Below are positions 29,924 through 39,111 of a DNA stretch of 64,000 nucleotides, one piece after another. Source of the DNA: Patescibacteria group bacterium (lineage in GTDB: Bacteria > Patescibacteriota > Patescibacteriia > JBDRGY01); NCBI GenBank assembly GCA_043817315.1, contig JBDRGY010000001.1, positions 9,732-73,731 of the forward strand. Direction: 5' to 3'. The translations under genes were made by a program, and so were the position numbers. Every line of letters starts with the position of its first letter. Position 1 is the stretch's first letter. Below the pieces are notes generated by a model. It did not search any database. It was not told where the DNA came from and saw only the letters and a program-made list of their open reading frames with translations.

Positions 29924-30023
29924 GGGTCGTTAGCTCAGTTGGTCCCTCGTTCTTGGTCTCTGACGCACCCTGCGAACTACGGGATCCCGTCCCCGCTTTT
30001 AGTGGGAGAGGGATAGAGCGCCA
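29924..30023 (+). other. disrupted duplicate of tRNA-Lys 5' part: nt 1-20 (29924-29943) + 70-nt insertion (29944-30013) + nt 21-30 tagagcgcca (30014-30023)
   Basis: The first 20 nt and the 10-nt D-stem/anticodon-stem segment are identical to the intact tRNA-Lys at 30269. They are separated by a structured 70-nt insert, ccctcg...gagggat. Confidence 0.55.
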
Positions 30024-30029
30024 TTGATA

Positions 30030-30278
30030 ATGCCCTACGTTTACATATTAAAGAGCCAAAAAGATAGAAACTTATATGTCGGGGCTACTTCTGATGTTAG
30101 AAAACGTTTCGATGAACATAATAGGGGGAGAGTGAAATCAACTAGAAATCGAAGGCCACTTGTACTAGTATATAAAGAGGAATATCGAACATTATCAGAA
30201 GCCAGAAAGAGGGAGTGGTATTTAAAACATCATCCCACGGGACAGCAATTGAAAAAGAAATTAATCATGGGTCGTTAG
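30030..30278 (+). CDS. small GIY-YIG nuclease-superfamily protein, copy 2; stop codon lies inside the tRNA-Lys 5' end
   Basis: MPYVYILKSQKDRNLYVGATSDVRKRFDEHNRG. Ends ...IMGR* with TAG at 30276-30278. Confidence 0.7.
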   Translation: MPYVYILKSQKDRNLYVGATSDVRKRFDEHNRGRVKSTRNRRPLVLVYKEEYRTLSEARKREWYLKHHPTGQQLKKKLIMGR

Positions 30279-30341
30279 CTCAGTTGGTAGAGCGCCAGCC
30301 TTTTAAGCTGGGCGTCACAGGTTCGAATCCTGTACGACCCA
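30269..30341 (+). tRNA. tRNA-Lys (anticodon TTT)
   Basis: Hand-folded cloverleaf. Acceptor gggtcgt/acgaccc, D-stem gctc/gagc, anticodon stem ccagc/gctgg with loop cTTTtaa, T-arm acagg-ttcgaat-cctgt. Confidence 0.9.
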
Positions 30342-30353
30342 CGGTCCATCTCA

Positions 30354-30443
30354 TACTGCGGCTTCCGCGTGAAAAAACAAGTTTCTCCCGCTGCAGCCTC
30401 CGCATGAGTGTACCTTTCCGAAAAATTGCACGCAATTTTTCGG
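30354..30443. promoter_or_regulatory. imperfect direct repeat (ctgcggcttccgcgtga / ctgcagcctccgcatga) followed by perfect 26-bp palindrome ccgaaaaattgc-ac-gcaatttttcgg
   Basis: Direct inspection. Lies between the tRNA-Lys and the promoter of the OMPdc-like gene. Confidence 0.45.
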
Positions 30444-30491
30444 ACAGAAGACAGACCCGAACAGGGTTTGTTTTTATTTGGGGTCCAGGGC

Positions 30492-30519
30492 TTGACAAAT
30501 TGGACCTATAGGGTAAGAT
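30492..30519 (+). promoter_or_regulatory. promoter TTGACA-16-TAAGAT for GC-rich OMPdc-like gene
   Basis: cttgacaaattggacctatagggtaagat, about 75 nt before the RBS ggaggtagcATG. Confidence 0.5.
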
Positions 30520-30595
30520 AGCTCAATTGGCTCTTTTTAGTGTTAGTTGTTGGCTGGGTCAAACGTGACCCGAAACGTGTGGCAAAGGAGGTAGC

Positions 30596-31393
30596 ATGAA
30601 GCCCGCAGACAGAGTGATGGCCAATGTTCAGGTCAGTGAGATGGGGGAGTTGATCGCCGCAGTGGATGCTCTGGGTCCCTACATCCAGACCTTCCGCATC
30701 GACACTTCGGAATCGGCGGCACTGGGGATTCCTCATGCCTTCAACGAGATCCACGAGCGGGGTCGGCAGGTCTTCTTTGACTGCCGCCTGCACGAGGATC
30801 CGGGAACCATGGCGGACACTGCCATCGAGCTGGCTCAGGCCAAGATCGCTTTCTTCAGCATCCACGCCTCAGCTGGCATGGCTGCCATGAGGGCGGCCGT
30901 GATCAACAAGGGTGACTGCAAGGTCCTGGCAGTGACTGTACCCCCGCACTTCAGCGGGACTGACTGTGAGAGGATCTACGGTGTCTCTCTGAAGACCAAG
31001 ACTATCCAGCTGGCTCATGAAGCCGAGACAGCAGGAGTGGACGGGCTGGTCTGTTCGGCGGCTCAGATGAAGATCCTTCGAGACAGCGGAGAGTTCGACG
31101 ATACCTTCATCGTGGTTACTGACATTCTGCCCAGCCCTTCGAGCGAGGAGAAGCGCAGAGGGCTGCTCAGTGCCTACGACGCCATAAGCGGCGGGGCTGA
31201 TGCCATCGTGGTTAGTCAGCTGACTGCTGATCTCTACGCGGTCGGTGCCGAGGTGACCGAAGCTGGGAGATCGGCCCTGTCCCATCTGATGGGTGCTGTG
31301 CAGCTGGGCCTCGGCGAGGTCAGCAAACGAGTCGGGCAGGCGGCTACCGGAGTTGGTAAGGCCAAGGCCAAGGTCGGCCCGGGCGAGGAGTAG
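30596..31393 (+). CDS. divergent orotidine-5'-phosphate decarboxylase-family protein (catalytic DxKxxD replaced by DCRLHE), with ~60 aa Gly/Ala/Lys-rich C-terminal tail; GC-rich
   Basis: Similarity to the PyrF motif regions: VFFDCRLHEDPGTMADT..FFSIHASAG and AETAGVDGLVCSAAQMKIL. GC content is far above the flanks. Confidence 0.55.
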   Translation: MKPADRVMANVQVSEMGELIAAVDALGPYIQTFRIDTSESAALGIPHAFNEIHERGRQVFFDCRLHEDPGTMADTAIELAQAKIAFFSIHASAGMAAMRAAVINKGDCKVLAVTVPPHFSGTDCERIYGVSLKTKTIQLAHEAETAGVDGLVCSAAQMKILRDSGEFDDTFIVVTDILPSPSSEEKRRGLLSAYDAISGGADAIVVSQLTADLYAVGAEVTEAGRSALSHLMGAVQLGLGEVSKRVGQAATGVGKAKAKVGPGEE

Positions 31394-31401
31394 CACGACA
31401 A

Positions 31402-31445
31402 GCGGTTTTTGGTAGATATTACCAGAAACCGCTATTTTATTTGTG
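31402..31445 (+). terminator. intrinsic terminator
   Basis: gcggtttttggta-gatat-taccagaaaccgc followed by tattttattt. Confidence 0.55.
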
Positions 31446-31493
31446 AAGATCATTTTTTTCTGTTAAAATTAAGATAAATAAACCCATTTTTTT

Positions 31494-34172
31494 ATGCCCA
31501 AAACCATTTGGCACAGTTCAACGATAGAAGAAGTCTTGGGAGACGTTAAGTCGGCAAAAACTGGCCTAACTATTAGCGAAGTAAAAAAAAGATTACATCA
31601 TTTTGGCTATAACGAGCTACCCAAAGAAAAAGGCTTAACTAAACTGACGATTCTACTGGAGCAGTTCAAAAGCTCCTTAATTTATGTTTTGCTGTCAGCT
31701 GTTTTTATTACACTTTTGATGAGTCACTTTATTGATGCTGGGGTAATTTTTGCATCCGTTGTTTTAAATGTGATAGTAGGATTTTTTCAGGAGAACAGGG
31801 CCTATAACGCCTTGGAGAAATTACGCCAGGTAGTTTCTTATCGAGCTGAGGTGAAACGAGAAGATCACGAGATGGAAATCGCGGTTGAGGAAATAGTACC
31901 GGGTGACATTTTAGTACTACGACCAGGGGAGAAAGTACCTGCCGATGCCCGATTAATATCAGCTAAAGATCTGCAAATCAATGAAGCCAGCCTAACTGGT
32001 GAATCATATCCAGAAAGTAAGCAAAATAAGAAACTGGTGGGAAAAGTAGATTTAGGTGATCGGAAGAATATGGCATATATGGGAACGGCTGTTACCCGAG
32101 GAGTAGGGGAAGCAGTAGTGGTGGCAACCGGTGCCCACACTGAAATTGGCAAAATAGCTTCTTTGATCAAAGAAACCAAAGAAGAACTGACTCCTTTGCA
32201 AAAACGTTTACAGAAATTTTCCAAATGGTTGGCCAAGGCAGTTTTATCAATCTCTGCTCTTTTATTTATTATAGGGGTAGTTTCGGGAAGAAATATTGAA
32301 GAGATGTTTACTACTTCGGTGGCAGTGGCCGTTTCAGCCATTCCCGAGGGATTGATCGTGGCGGTTACGGTTATCTTAACTATCGGCATGCGCCGCATTT
32401 TAAAAGAAAAAGGATTAGTAAAAAAACTGGTAGCTGCTGAAGCCTTGGGGTCAACAACAGTTATTTGTACTGATAAGACCGGAACATTAACTGAAGGCAT
32501 AATGCACGTTTCAGAGATAATTACTAACAATTATAATTTAGATACTACCAAGAAGAAGTCACCTGATATTTTTAAAAAGGGTCAATCAACATTGATGGCT
32601 TTGCATATCGGCATGTTGTGTAATAACGCCTTCGTGGAAAACGAAGAGGAAGATTTAATACAGTGGAAAGTGATTGGGAATCCCACGGAAAGGGCCTTGT
32701 TGGTAGCCGGAAATAAACTTGGTTTGCGCAAAAGCGAACTGGAAAAACACTATCCCCGACTCGATGAAATTCCTTTTGATTCGGCCAAGAAATACATGGT
32801 AACTCTAAACAAAAAAGACTCTCAGAAGAATTATGTCTTTATGAAGGGAGCTCCGGAGAAAGTGCTGGCCATGTGCAGCCGGATTGACGATGACGGAAAA
32901 GTAATTAAATTAACCGAGGAAAAACGTCAACAATTCCTCAAGCGCTTTGAGCAATTAAGCAGCCAGGGGCTGCGCTTGCTGTCTTTTGCCTACAAGGAAG
33001 TGTCTGCCGGCATTCACCAATTTGTAGACTTCCAGGAATGGGGAGAGAAATTAATTTTTGTTGGTTTTGTCTCCATCAAGGATCCTTTGCGCCCGGAAAC
33101 CAAGCAGGCGATTAAAATCTGCCGCAAGGCTGGCCTAAAGCCGATTATGATCACCGGTGACCATAAATTAACCGCTAAGGCCATTGCCTCTGAATTAGGT
33201 ATTCCAGCTGGCATTCACAATATTATGACCGGCGAAGAGATTATGGAAATCAGCGATAAAGATTTGGTCGCGAGAGTTAAAGATATTACCGTTTATGCCC
33301 GGGTTTCCCCGGAAGATAAGTTGCGGATTATTGACGCCTGGCAAGCGCGTGGCGAAGTAGTAGCCATGACTGGCGATGGAATCAATGATGCTCCGGCTCT
33401 AAAAGCGGCTGATATCGGAGTAGCTTTGGGTTCGGGTACCGATGTCACCAAAGAAACGGCTGAACTGATTATTTTGGATGACAACTTTAGTACAATTGTT
33501 AAAGCGATTGAACAAGGTAGGGTTATTTACGATAATATTAAAAAGGTAATACTATATCTTCTTTCTGATAGCTTTACCGAAATTATTATTATCGTTGGCG
33601 GTATTATCCTGGGTTTTCCCTTGCCTTTACTGGCGGCCCAGATTCTTTGGGTTAATATTGTTGATGACGGGCTGCCCAATTTAGCTTTGACAGCCGAACC
33701 CGAGGAGCCGGAAATCATGATCGAATCTCCTCAGAGGGTTGAGAAAGGCTTTTTGGACAAAGAAATGAAGGTGCTGATTGGTTTGATAAGCTTTATTACT
33801 GGAATTATTATCCTGGGGATTTTTTATTATTTTTGGCAGAAGACAGGCGATATAGTTTTGGCCCGGACAGCCGCTTTTACTGCCCTGGGTATCGATTCCC
33901 TACTTTATGTTTTTAGTACCCGGTCAGTCAGACACCCGATCTGGCACAAGAATCCGTTTTCCAATAAGTTGTTGGTTGGGGCGGTATTTATTGGGATTTT
34001 CTTACAACTCGCAGCAATTTACACTCCCTTCTTACAAAAGGTATTAAGAACGACCTCATTAAGCTGGCAGCAGTGGCAAATAATTATTCCCCTCACTCTT
34101 GTAGTAATATTTTTTATTGAGTTAACCAAGTACATCTTTATTCATAAACGGATTAAAGTTAAGCAAGAATAA
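31494..34172 (+). CDS. cation-transporting P-type ATPase (type II, Ca2+/Mg2+-ATPase-like)
   Basis: DKTGTLT phosphorylation site, TGDGINDAPAL hinge, 892 aa with N-terminal cation-ATPase domain and about 10 TM segments. Confidence 0.85.
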   Translation: MPKTIWHSSTIEEVLGDVKSAKTGLTISEVKKRLHHFGYNELPKEKGLTKLTILLEQFKSSLIYVLLSAVFITLLMSHFIDAGVIFASVVLNVIVGFFQENRAYNALEKLRQVVSYRAEVKREDHEMEIAVEEIVPGDILVLRPGEKVPADARLISAKDLQINEASLTGESYPESKQNKKLVGKVDLGDRKNMAYMGTAVTRGVGEAVVVATGAHTEIGKIASLIKETKEELTPLQKRLQKFSKWLAKAVLSISALLFIIGVVSGRNIEEMFTTSVAVAVSAIPEGLIVAVTVILTIGMRRILKEKGLVKKLVAAEALGSTTVICTDKTGTLTEGIMHVSEIITNNYNLDTTKKKSPDIFKKGQSTLMALHIGMLCNNAFVENEEEDLIQWKVIGNPTERALLVAGNKLGLRKSELEKHYPRLDEIPFDSAKKYMVTLNKKDSQKNYVFMKGAPEKVLAMCSRIDDDGKVIKLTEEKRQQFLKRFEQLSSQGLRLLSFAYKEVSAGIHQFVDFQEWGEKLIFVGFVSIKDPLRPETKQAIKICRKAGLKPIMITGDHKLTAKAIASELGIPAGIHNIMTGEEIMEISDKDLVARVKDITVYARVSPEDKLRIIDAWQARGEVVAMTGDGINDAPALKAADIGVALGSGTDVTKETAELIILDDNFSTIVKAIEQGRVIYDNIKKVILYLLSDSFTEIIIIVGGIILGFPLPLLAAQILWVNIVDDGLPNLALTAEPEEPEIMIESPQRVEKGFLDKEMKVLIGLISFITGIIILGIFYYFWQKTGDIVLARTAAFTALGIDSLLYVFSTRSVRHPIWHKNPFSNKLLVGAVFIGIFLQLAAIYTPFLQKVLRTTSLSWQQWQIIIPLTLVVIFFIELTKYIFIHKRIKVKQE

Positions 34173-34176
34173 TAGC

Positions 34177-34809
34177 ATGAACAGCAGTTTAAATAAAAGG
34201 ATAATCTGGCTTGCCATTGGTTCTTTATTTGTTTTATTGGGCTTGGAGTTTTTCTTGAATTATGACACTACGGATCGCCAGATTGCTTTGGCCATTACCA
34301 ATTTAGTGACTTTGGCAATTTATCTGTCGATTCATTTATACTGGCAGAAGAAATTTAAAATCGAACTCCCCTGGATTGTTATTTGGTCAGTAGCTATTGG
34401 GGTCTGGTTGGATGCCGTCGGCAACTTTGCCCACTATTATGTTGACCTGGCCTGGTATGATGATTTCACCCATGTGGTTGGTACTATGACTGTGGCTGTT
34501 GCCCTGTTTGTCATCTTGCGCAGCCTAAACAGAATTGGCCAAATCAAGGTAAGCCGTTTTGTTTTGTCACTGTTTACAGTTTCTTTAAGCGTCATGTTAA
34601 GTTCTTTTTATGAAATTACCGAATACTGGGGAGATATGATGTTCAACACCTACCGCATTGGTGACCGTTTTGATACGGCCTCAGATTTGATGTGGAATTT
34701 GCTGGGAGCGGTGGTAGTAGTCCTAGTTGCCAATTTGATTAGCAAAAAACAGTCCATTAGAGAAGTTTCTAACAATTATTCTTCGAGCGATATCGAGCGA
34801 ACGAAGTGA
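34177..34809 (+). CDS. hypothetical integral membrane protein immediately downstream of the P-type ATPase
   Basis: Five to six hydrophobic segments, with a 4-nt gap after the ATPase stop. Confidence 0.45.
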   Translation: MNSSLNKRIIWLAIGSLFVLLGLEFFLNYDTTDRQIALAITNLVTLAIYLSIHLYWQKKFKIELPWIVIWSVAIGVWLDAVGNFAHYYVDLAWYDDFTHVVGTMTVAVALFVILRSLNRIGQIKVSRFVLSLFTVSLSVMLSSFYEITEYWGDMMFNTYRIGDRFDTASDLMWNLLGAVVVVLVANLISKKQSIREVSNNYSSSDIERTK

Positions 34810-34976
34810 GTCGAGATAGAGTCGAAAAGTTTACATTAAATTTAAAGAAAAGTTCTCGATGCGTCCCGACGATCTCGCGACTTACTCGAACAATGAAGAG
34901 AGGTTTACTAACCTTGCTTTTTTATCACAAAAAGCCGGAGGGTTGAGACTTCGGCTTAGTTAGAATAAGTAATATT

Positions 34977-35774
34977 TTAATCAACAATATCAAAATCCAG
35001 GATCAGGGGCAGATGATCGGAAATATCGGTTTCCCTAACTTGAAAATCATTTACCTTTATTTGATCATTGATGAAAATGTAATCTAAGACTCCTTTCTTG
35101 GTAGTCTCGGTACCGTGATCAAATTTTGGAATAGTTGAAGTAATCTTATATTCTTTGATCAGGTTGCTAAATTCTTTTTCCATCAAGGCAATGCTCTTGG
35201 TGTCCGGCAATAAATTGAAATCGCCGGCGATTATGGTTGGATTTTTTTTTCTTTTAGCAGCCTCAATAATGTATTTACTTTGTTTAATGGTGCGGGGAAT
35301 ATCCTTTTTATCTCTGGTATATAAACCGTGTAAAGTCAGAATCTGTAATGGTTGGCCTGCAACGTCTAATTCAACAATGGCAACTGATCTGGCATGATCA
35401 TCAGTATGAAAGTTGGTTCTATCAGAACTATCTTCGTATGATTTATGATAATGTTCGTTGGCCGCTCTTTTGATAGGGAACCTGGATATGACTTCATTTC
35501 CTTGTTCGATTTTTCCGCCAAAATCACGGCAGACTTTGTTATTTTTGATATCGGCATAAGCAAACCACTGGGGGCCGAAGAAGGAATAGGGTAAACCTGG
35601 CCCAATGATTTTCTCTATTTTAGATTTTGATTGGTACATATCAAAAACAGAATCATCAAAATGTCTGATAATTTCCTGGAAAGCCACAATGTCGGGCTGC
35701 TCTGATTGAATAAATTCAGCAACTTTTTGGGAGTTATCGATTTTGATAGCGACGTTTAGACTGATAAATTTCAT
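34977..35774 (-). CDS. endonuclease/exonuclease/phosphatase (EEP) family protein
   Basis: IVAFQEI and C-terminal SDHLPL motifs, 265 aa. Confidence 0.7.
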   Translation of the reverse strand: MKFISLNVAIKIDNSQKVAEFIQSEQPDIVAFQEIIRHFDDSVFDMYQSKSKIEKIIGPGLPYSFFGPQWFAYADIKNNKVCRDFGGKIEQGNEVISRFPIKRAANEHYHKSYEDSSDRTNFHTDDHARSVAIVELDVAGQPLQILTLHGLYTRDKKDIPRTIKQSKYIIEAAKRKKNPTIIAGDFNLLPDTKSIALMEKEFSNLIKEYKITSTIPKFDHGTETTKKGVLDYIFINDQIKVNDFQVRETDISDHLPLILDFDIVD

Positions 35775-35919
35775 TTATAGCTAACTTAGCCAATAAATTA
35801 TGCATTTGTTTCAGCTTTATTATACGAGAAAAAGTGAGAATTAGCCAAAATTTGCATAATCTTAGGGTCGGACTATTCTTTTGACGAAACCCAATTATTT
35901 TGTTATAATTTGATAAACT

Positions 35920-37197
35920 ATGCCGTATATTTTACTCAAAGACGTTAGCCAGAACACAGAAAAGGAGGTAATTATCAGAGGTTGGGCAAATAATGTCCGT
36001 TCTTCCGGCAAAATTTTGTTTATCCAGCTCCGCGATGGAACCGGGGAAGTACAAGCCATAATTAATCAAGCTGATGTTAAATCATCAGCTTTTGATTTGG
36101 CCAAGACGATCACTATTGAATCCTCACTGGAATTAACAGGTAAAATTAAGGAAGAACCACGTTCACCCTCTGGCTACGAAATGCTAGTTAGCGATTTAAA
36201 AATAATACAAGTGGCCGCAAAATACCCCATAGGCAAGAAAGAGCACGGTCCGGAATTTTTGATGGATAATCGTCATCTGTGGCTGCGTTCTCCCAAACAA
36301 GCGGCAATTTTAAAAATTCGTGATGAAGCAATTTTTGCCATGCGGGAGTTTTTTAGAAAAGAAGGGTTTACTTTGACCGATTCGCCGATCTTGACCGCTT
36401 CAGCCTGTGAGGGTGGTACTACCTTATTTAAGACGGATTATTTCGGTGAAGATGCCTTCCTGTCGCAATCAGGCCAGTTGTATTTGGAAGCCACGATATA
36501 TTCTCTGGGACGGGTTTATGATTTTGGCCCGACCTTCCGAGCCGAGAAATCAAAAACCAGAAGGCACCTGATTGAATTTTGGATGTTGGATGCCGAGGCG
36601 GCATTCGTAGAGTTTGAAGAAAATTTGGAAATCCAGGAACAGCTGGTTAGTTACGTTGTTAGACAGATATTGATTAACAGGGAAATGGAATTAGAAATTT
36701 TGGAACGGGATACCAAGTTACTTCAAAAAGTAAAGCCGCCTTTTCCACGCCTCAAGTACGACGATGCTGTGAAAAATTTAAAAATAAAATGGGGCGAAGA
36801 TCTGGGAGGAGATGAAGAAACAGAAATTTCTAAGCAGTATGATAAACCAGTTTTTATAACCCACTACCCTGCCAAAGCCAAAGCTTTTTATATGCAGCCT
36901 GATCCTGATGACGAAAAATACGTTTTGAATTCAGATTTAATTGCCCCCGAGGGTTACGGCGAAATTAGTGGCGGCTCTGAAAGGATTCATGATTACGACT
37001 TGCTCGTCAAGAAATTGAAAGAGTTCAAGTTATCAGCCAAAGAATATCAGTGGTATCTGGATTTGAGGAAGTACGGCTCCGTGCCTCATGCCGGCTTTGG
37101 TATCGGCCTGGAACGGACCGTAGCCTGGATTTGCGGCTTACATCACGTCAGAGAAACCATACCATTTGCCAGATTATTAAATAGACTGAGACCATGA
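35920..37197 (+). CDS. asnS: asparagine--tRNA ligase (class IIb)
   Basis: [21 protein letters not shown] (motif 2) and C-terminal [24 protein letters not shown], 425 aa. Promoter TTGACG-17-TATAAT upstream. Confidence 0.7.
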   Translation: MPYILLKDVSQNTEKEVIIRGWANNVRSSGKILFIQLRDGTGEVQAIINQADVKSSAFDLAKTITIESSLELTGKIKEEPRSPSGYEMLVSDLKIIQVAAKYPIGKKEHGPEFLMDNRHLWLRSPKQAAILKIRDEAIFAMREFFRKEGFTLTDSPILTASACEGGTTLFKTDYFGEDAFLSQSGQLYLEATIYSLGRVYDFGPTFRAEKSKTRRHLIEFWMLDAEAAFVEFEENLEIQEQLVSYVVRQILINREMELEILERDTKLLQKVKPPFPRLKYDDAVKNLKIKWGEDLGGDEETEISKQYDKPVFITHYPAKAKAFYMQPDPDDEKYVLNSDLIAPEGYGEISGGSERIHDYDLLVKKLKEFKLSAKEYQWYLDLRKYGSVPHAGFGIGLERTVAWICGLHHVRETIPFARLLNRLRP

Positions 37198-37670
37198 GAT
37201 CGAAAAAATCGGCTAAAACGTGGGATAATCATAAAGGTTTAGCTTCTGCCCTCTCTATCATAGTGCTGGTTGTCTTGTCCGGGGGCATGGGAGCTGGTAT
37301 TTGGGCCTTTTCCAGGGCTGAAATTGTCAACTTTGGAGAAGGAATAGAAATACAAATAGACGAGTATCAAAGTGTTTTGGTCACTGAGCTGGCCAAATCA
37401 GCCAAAAACTACGCCGGTCAGAAAATAGAGGTCGTGGGACTGGTTAAAAGCGGTCAAAACAATACTTGTTTGATTGAGGAATCAGGCCGACAGTTTGAGG
37501 TTGAATGTTGGGCTCCAATTAATGAACCACCCCCAGTAAATACCAATGTCCCCTTGGCGCCAACCCGGACCATGAGCTATTACTTTGATAAGAAATGGGT
37601 ATTAAATGGAGAAGTTGTCCCCAAAGGCAGCGGTTACTATCTTACTGTGGAATCTTATAACGCTTTATAG
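37194..37670 (+). CDS. hypothetical membrane-anchored protein
   Basis: N-terminal TM segment ([24 protein letters not shown]). No recognisable motifs. Confidence 0.4.
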   Translation: MRSKKSAKTWDNHKGLASALSIIVLVVLSGGMGAGIWAFSRAEIVNFGEGIEIQIDEYQSVLVTELAKSAKNYAGQKIEVVGLVKSGQNNTCLIEESGRQFEVECWAPINEPPPVNTNVPLAPTRTMSYYFDKKWVLNGEVVPKGSGYYLTVESYNAL

Positions 37671-37672
37671 CT

Positions 37673-38737
37673 ATGCCCCAAAAGAAAAAAAAGATTATCA
37701 AGAAACAGATTAAGCCAAGAACAGTTAAGAAGACTGTTAAGAAAAGAACCACCAGGAAAGCGGCGGCCAAGAAAAATTTATTATTGAAAGATTTAATCGG
37801 TGGAGCAGTTATAATGGGAATAGGGCTTTTTGTTTTGAATTTGTCGGTCACTCTTTTGGGGAGTACCGGCCCGATTCCCCTGGAAACAAAACAGCCAGTC
37901 GTTTTAGGAGACAATCATGTTATGCCTTCGGCGCCATTGATAACCGAGACTGCTACTCCTCCACAATTAGATGAAGTGGCAGAGACAGTGACACCATGTT
38001 GCGGGGCCCAGATGCCTCCCGTTGAGGAGGAAAACTTAGTTGAAGAGGCTGATCCTGTTGAATCAGCTATCCAACCAGAGACCCCCGAAGAGCCGGAAGC
38101 TGTCGCAGAAAAAATTGCCACCCCAATTCTGGATGCCATGTTTTGTTCTAACTACAGTTTTCATCAATTAGACCTATCCAGCCAAGACCCTTCTCATTCC
38201 TCAATTATTCTTAGGGAGAAGGAAAAGAATTCCGCCGTTACTTTAATTGAGGACGTAAGCGTTTTTAAGCAACGGGACGGTTACCATCTGCACCTGTTGA
38301 CTCAATTGGCTGATAATGGTGATTGTCGCCTGCTATTTTTTACAGAAGTTGATAACCAGCCGAAATCTCCCAAAGAAGGTTTATTCTCCTACGATATCCA
38401 GACCGGCGAGTTTAAGGAACTTAATACCTCAGATCGATTTAAAGGATTCAGCAACTTTCAATTTAACGAGGACTTTTCGCACCTAATTGTAGTGCATGAC
38501 AATCAAGAGCTAGATGATACTGGCAAGACACTAGAAGTAATAAATTTACCTGAAGATACTACCCGAATTATGGTAAAATTAGAGGGAAATGAGACCTTTA
38601 ACGCTGGTGGTGGATTTGGTGGTTTTTCGGGAAATTTTGGTTGGCAAGACGACCAAAAAACCATCTTTTATTACGTATATGAGGATACTGATGGGCAAGT
38701 AGGGTTTATGGAACAAAGAACAGTAGCTTTGGAATAA
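37673..38737 (+). CDS. hypothetical secreted/membrane-anchored protein with K-rich N-terminus, TM segment and P/E-rich acidic linker
   Basis: MPQKKKKIIKKQIK...TM...PPQLDEVAETVTP...EEPEAVAEK. Confidence 0.4.
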   Translation: MPQKKKKIIKKQIKPRTVKKTVKKRTTRKAAAKKNLLLKDLIGGAVIMGIGLFVLNLSVTLLGSTGPIPLETKQPVVLGDNHVMPSAPLITETATPPQLDEVAETVTPCCGAQMPPVEEENLVEEADPVESAIQPETPEEPEAVAEKIATPILDAMFCSNYSFHQLDLSSQDPSHSSIILREKEKNSAVTLIEDVSVFKQRDGYHLHLLTQLADNGDCRLLFFTEVDNQPKSPKEGLFSYDIQTGEFKELNTSDRFKGFSNFQFNEDFSHLIVVHDNQELDDTGKTLEVINLPEDTTRIMVKLEGNETFNAGGGFGGFSGNFGWQDDQKTIFYYVYEDTDGQVGFMEQRTVALE

Positions 38738-39111
38738 TGGTAGAAGGAGAAGAAAAAAAAAGCAGATTTAACATGTCCGCTGTCTGGTGGGGCCTGGTGG
38801 CCATAGTGATAGTGGGGGGATTGGGTACTTATGTTTGGCTCAATTCACTTCGCTACGAGGCCGAAGAAAGAGCTAATGCCAATATTAACATTACGGTCAA
38901 TATTAATAGTGAACTGGTATCAGATACTGACGGAGATGGTCTGATAGACGTTCGGGAAGAATTTTGGGGGACTGATCCCAGAAACCCGGATAGTGATGGC
39001 GACACTTATTCTGACGGTTTTGAGATCGCCAACGGCTATAACCCCAAGGGAGAAGGTAAATTAGAAATCTATAACATCAATAACATCAATGGAACGAACA
39101 CCAATAATTGA
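38737..39111 (+). CDS. hypothetical membrane-anchored protein with Asp-rich Ca-binding-like repeats (DTDGDGLIDV...DSDGDTYSDG)
   Basis: TM segment followed by DxDxDG motifs. Overlaps the aspS start by 23 nt. Confidence 0.4.
   Translation: MVEGEEKKSRFNMSAVWWGLVAIVIVGGLGTYVWLNSLRYEAEERANANINITVNINSELVSDTDGDGLIDVREEFWGTDPRNPDSDGDTYSDGFEIANGYNPKGEGKLEIYNINNINGTNTNN

Noticed and set aside
29944-30013. The 70-nt insert in the tRNA-Lys fragment, considered as a group I intron.
   Set aside because: Far too short for a group I or II intron and located in the D-loop rather than the anticodon loop. It is kept only as an unexplained insert within the disrupted tRNA duplicate.
30869-31453. 194-aa minus-strand ORF antisense to the OMPdc-like gene, and plus-strand ORFs 55122..55845, 56119..56728, 57761..58853 and 60005..60331 inside the GC-rich island.
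   Set aside because: Long stop-free antisense frames are expected in GC-rich DNA. The sense genes have RBSs, promoters and terminators in the right places, and the antisense ones do not.
34790-34900. Degenerate inverted repeat (tcgagcgatatcgagcgaacg... / ...cgcgagatcgtcgggacgcatcgagaac) downstream of the membrane protein gene.
   Set aside because: Only about 65% identity between the arms. It overlaps the gene end and ordinary terminators of convergent genes. Evidence is insufficient for a mobile element.
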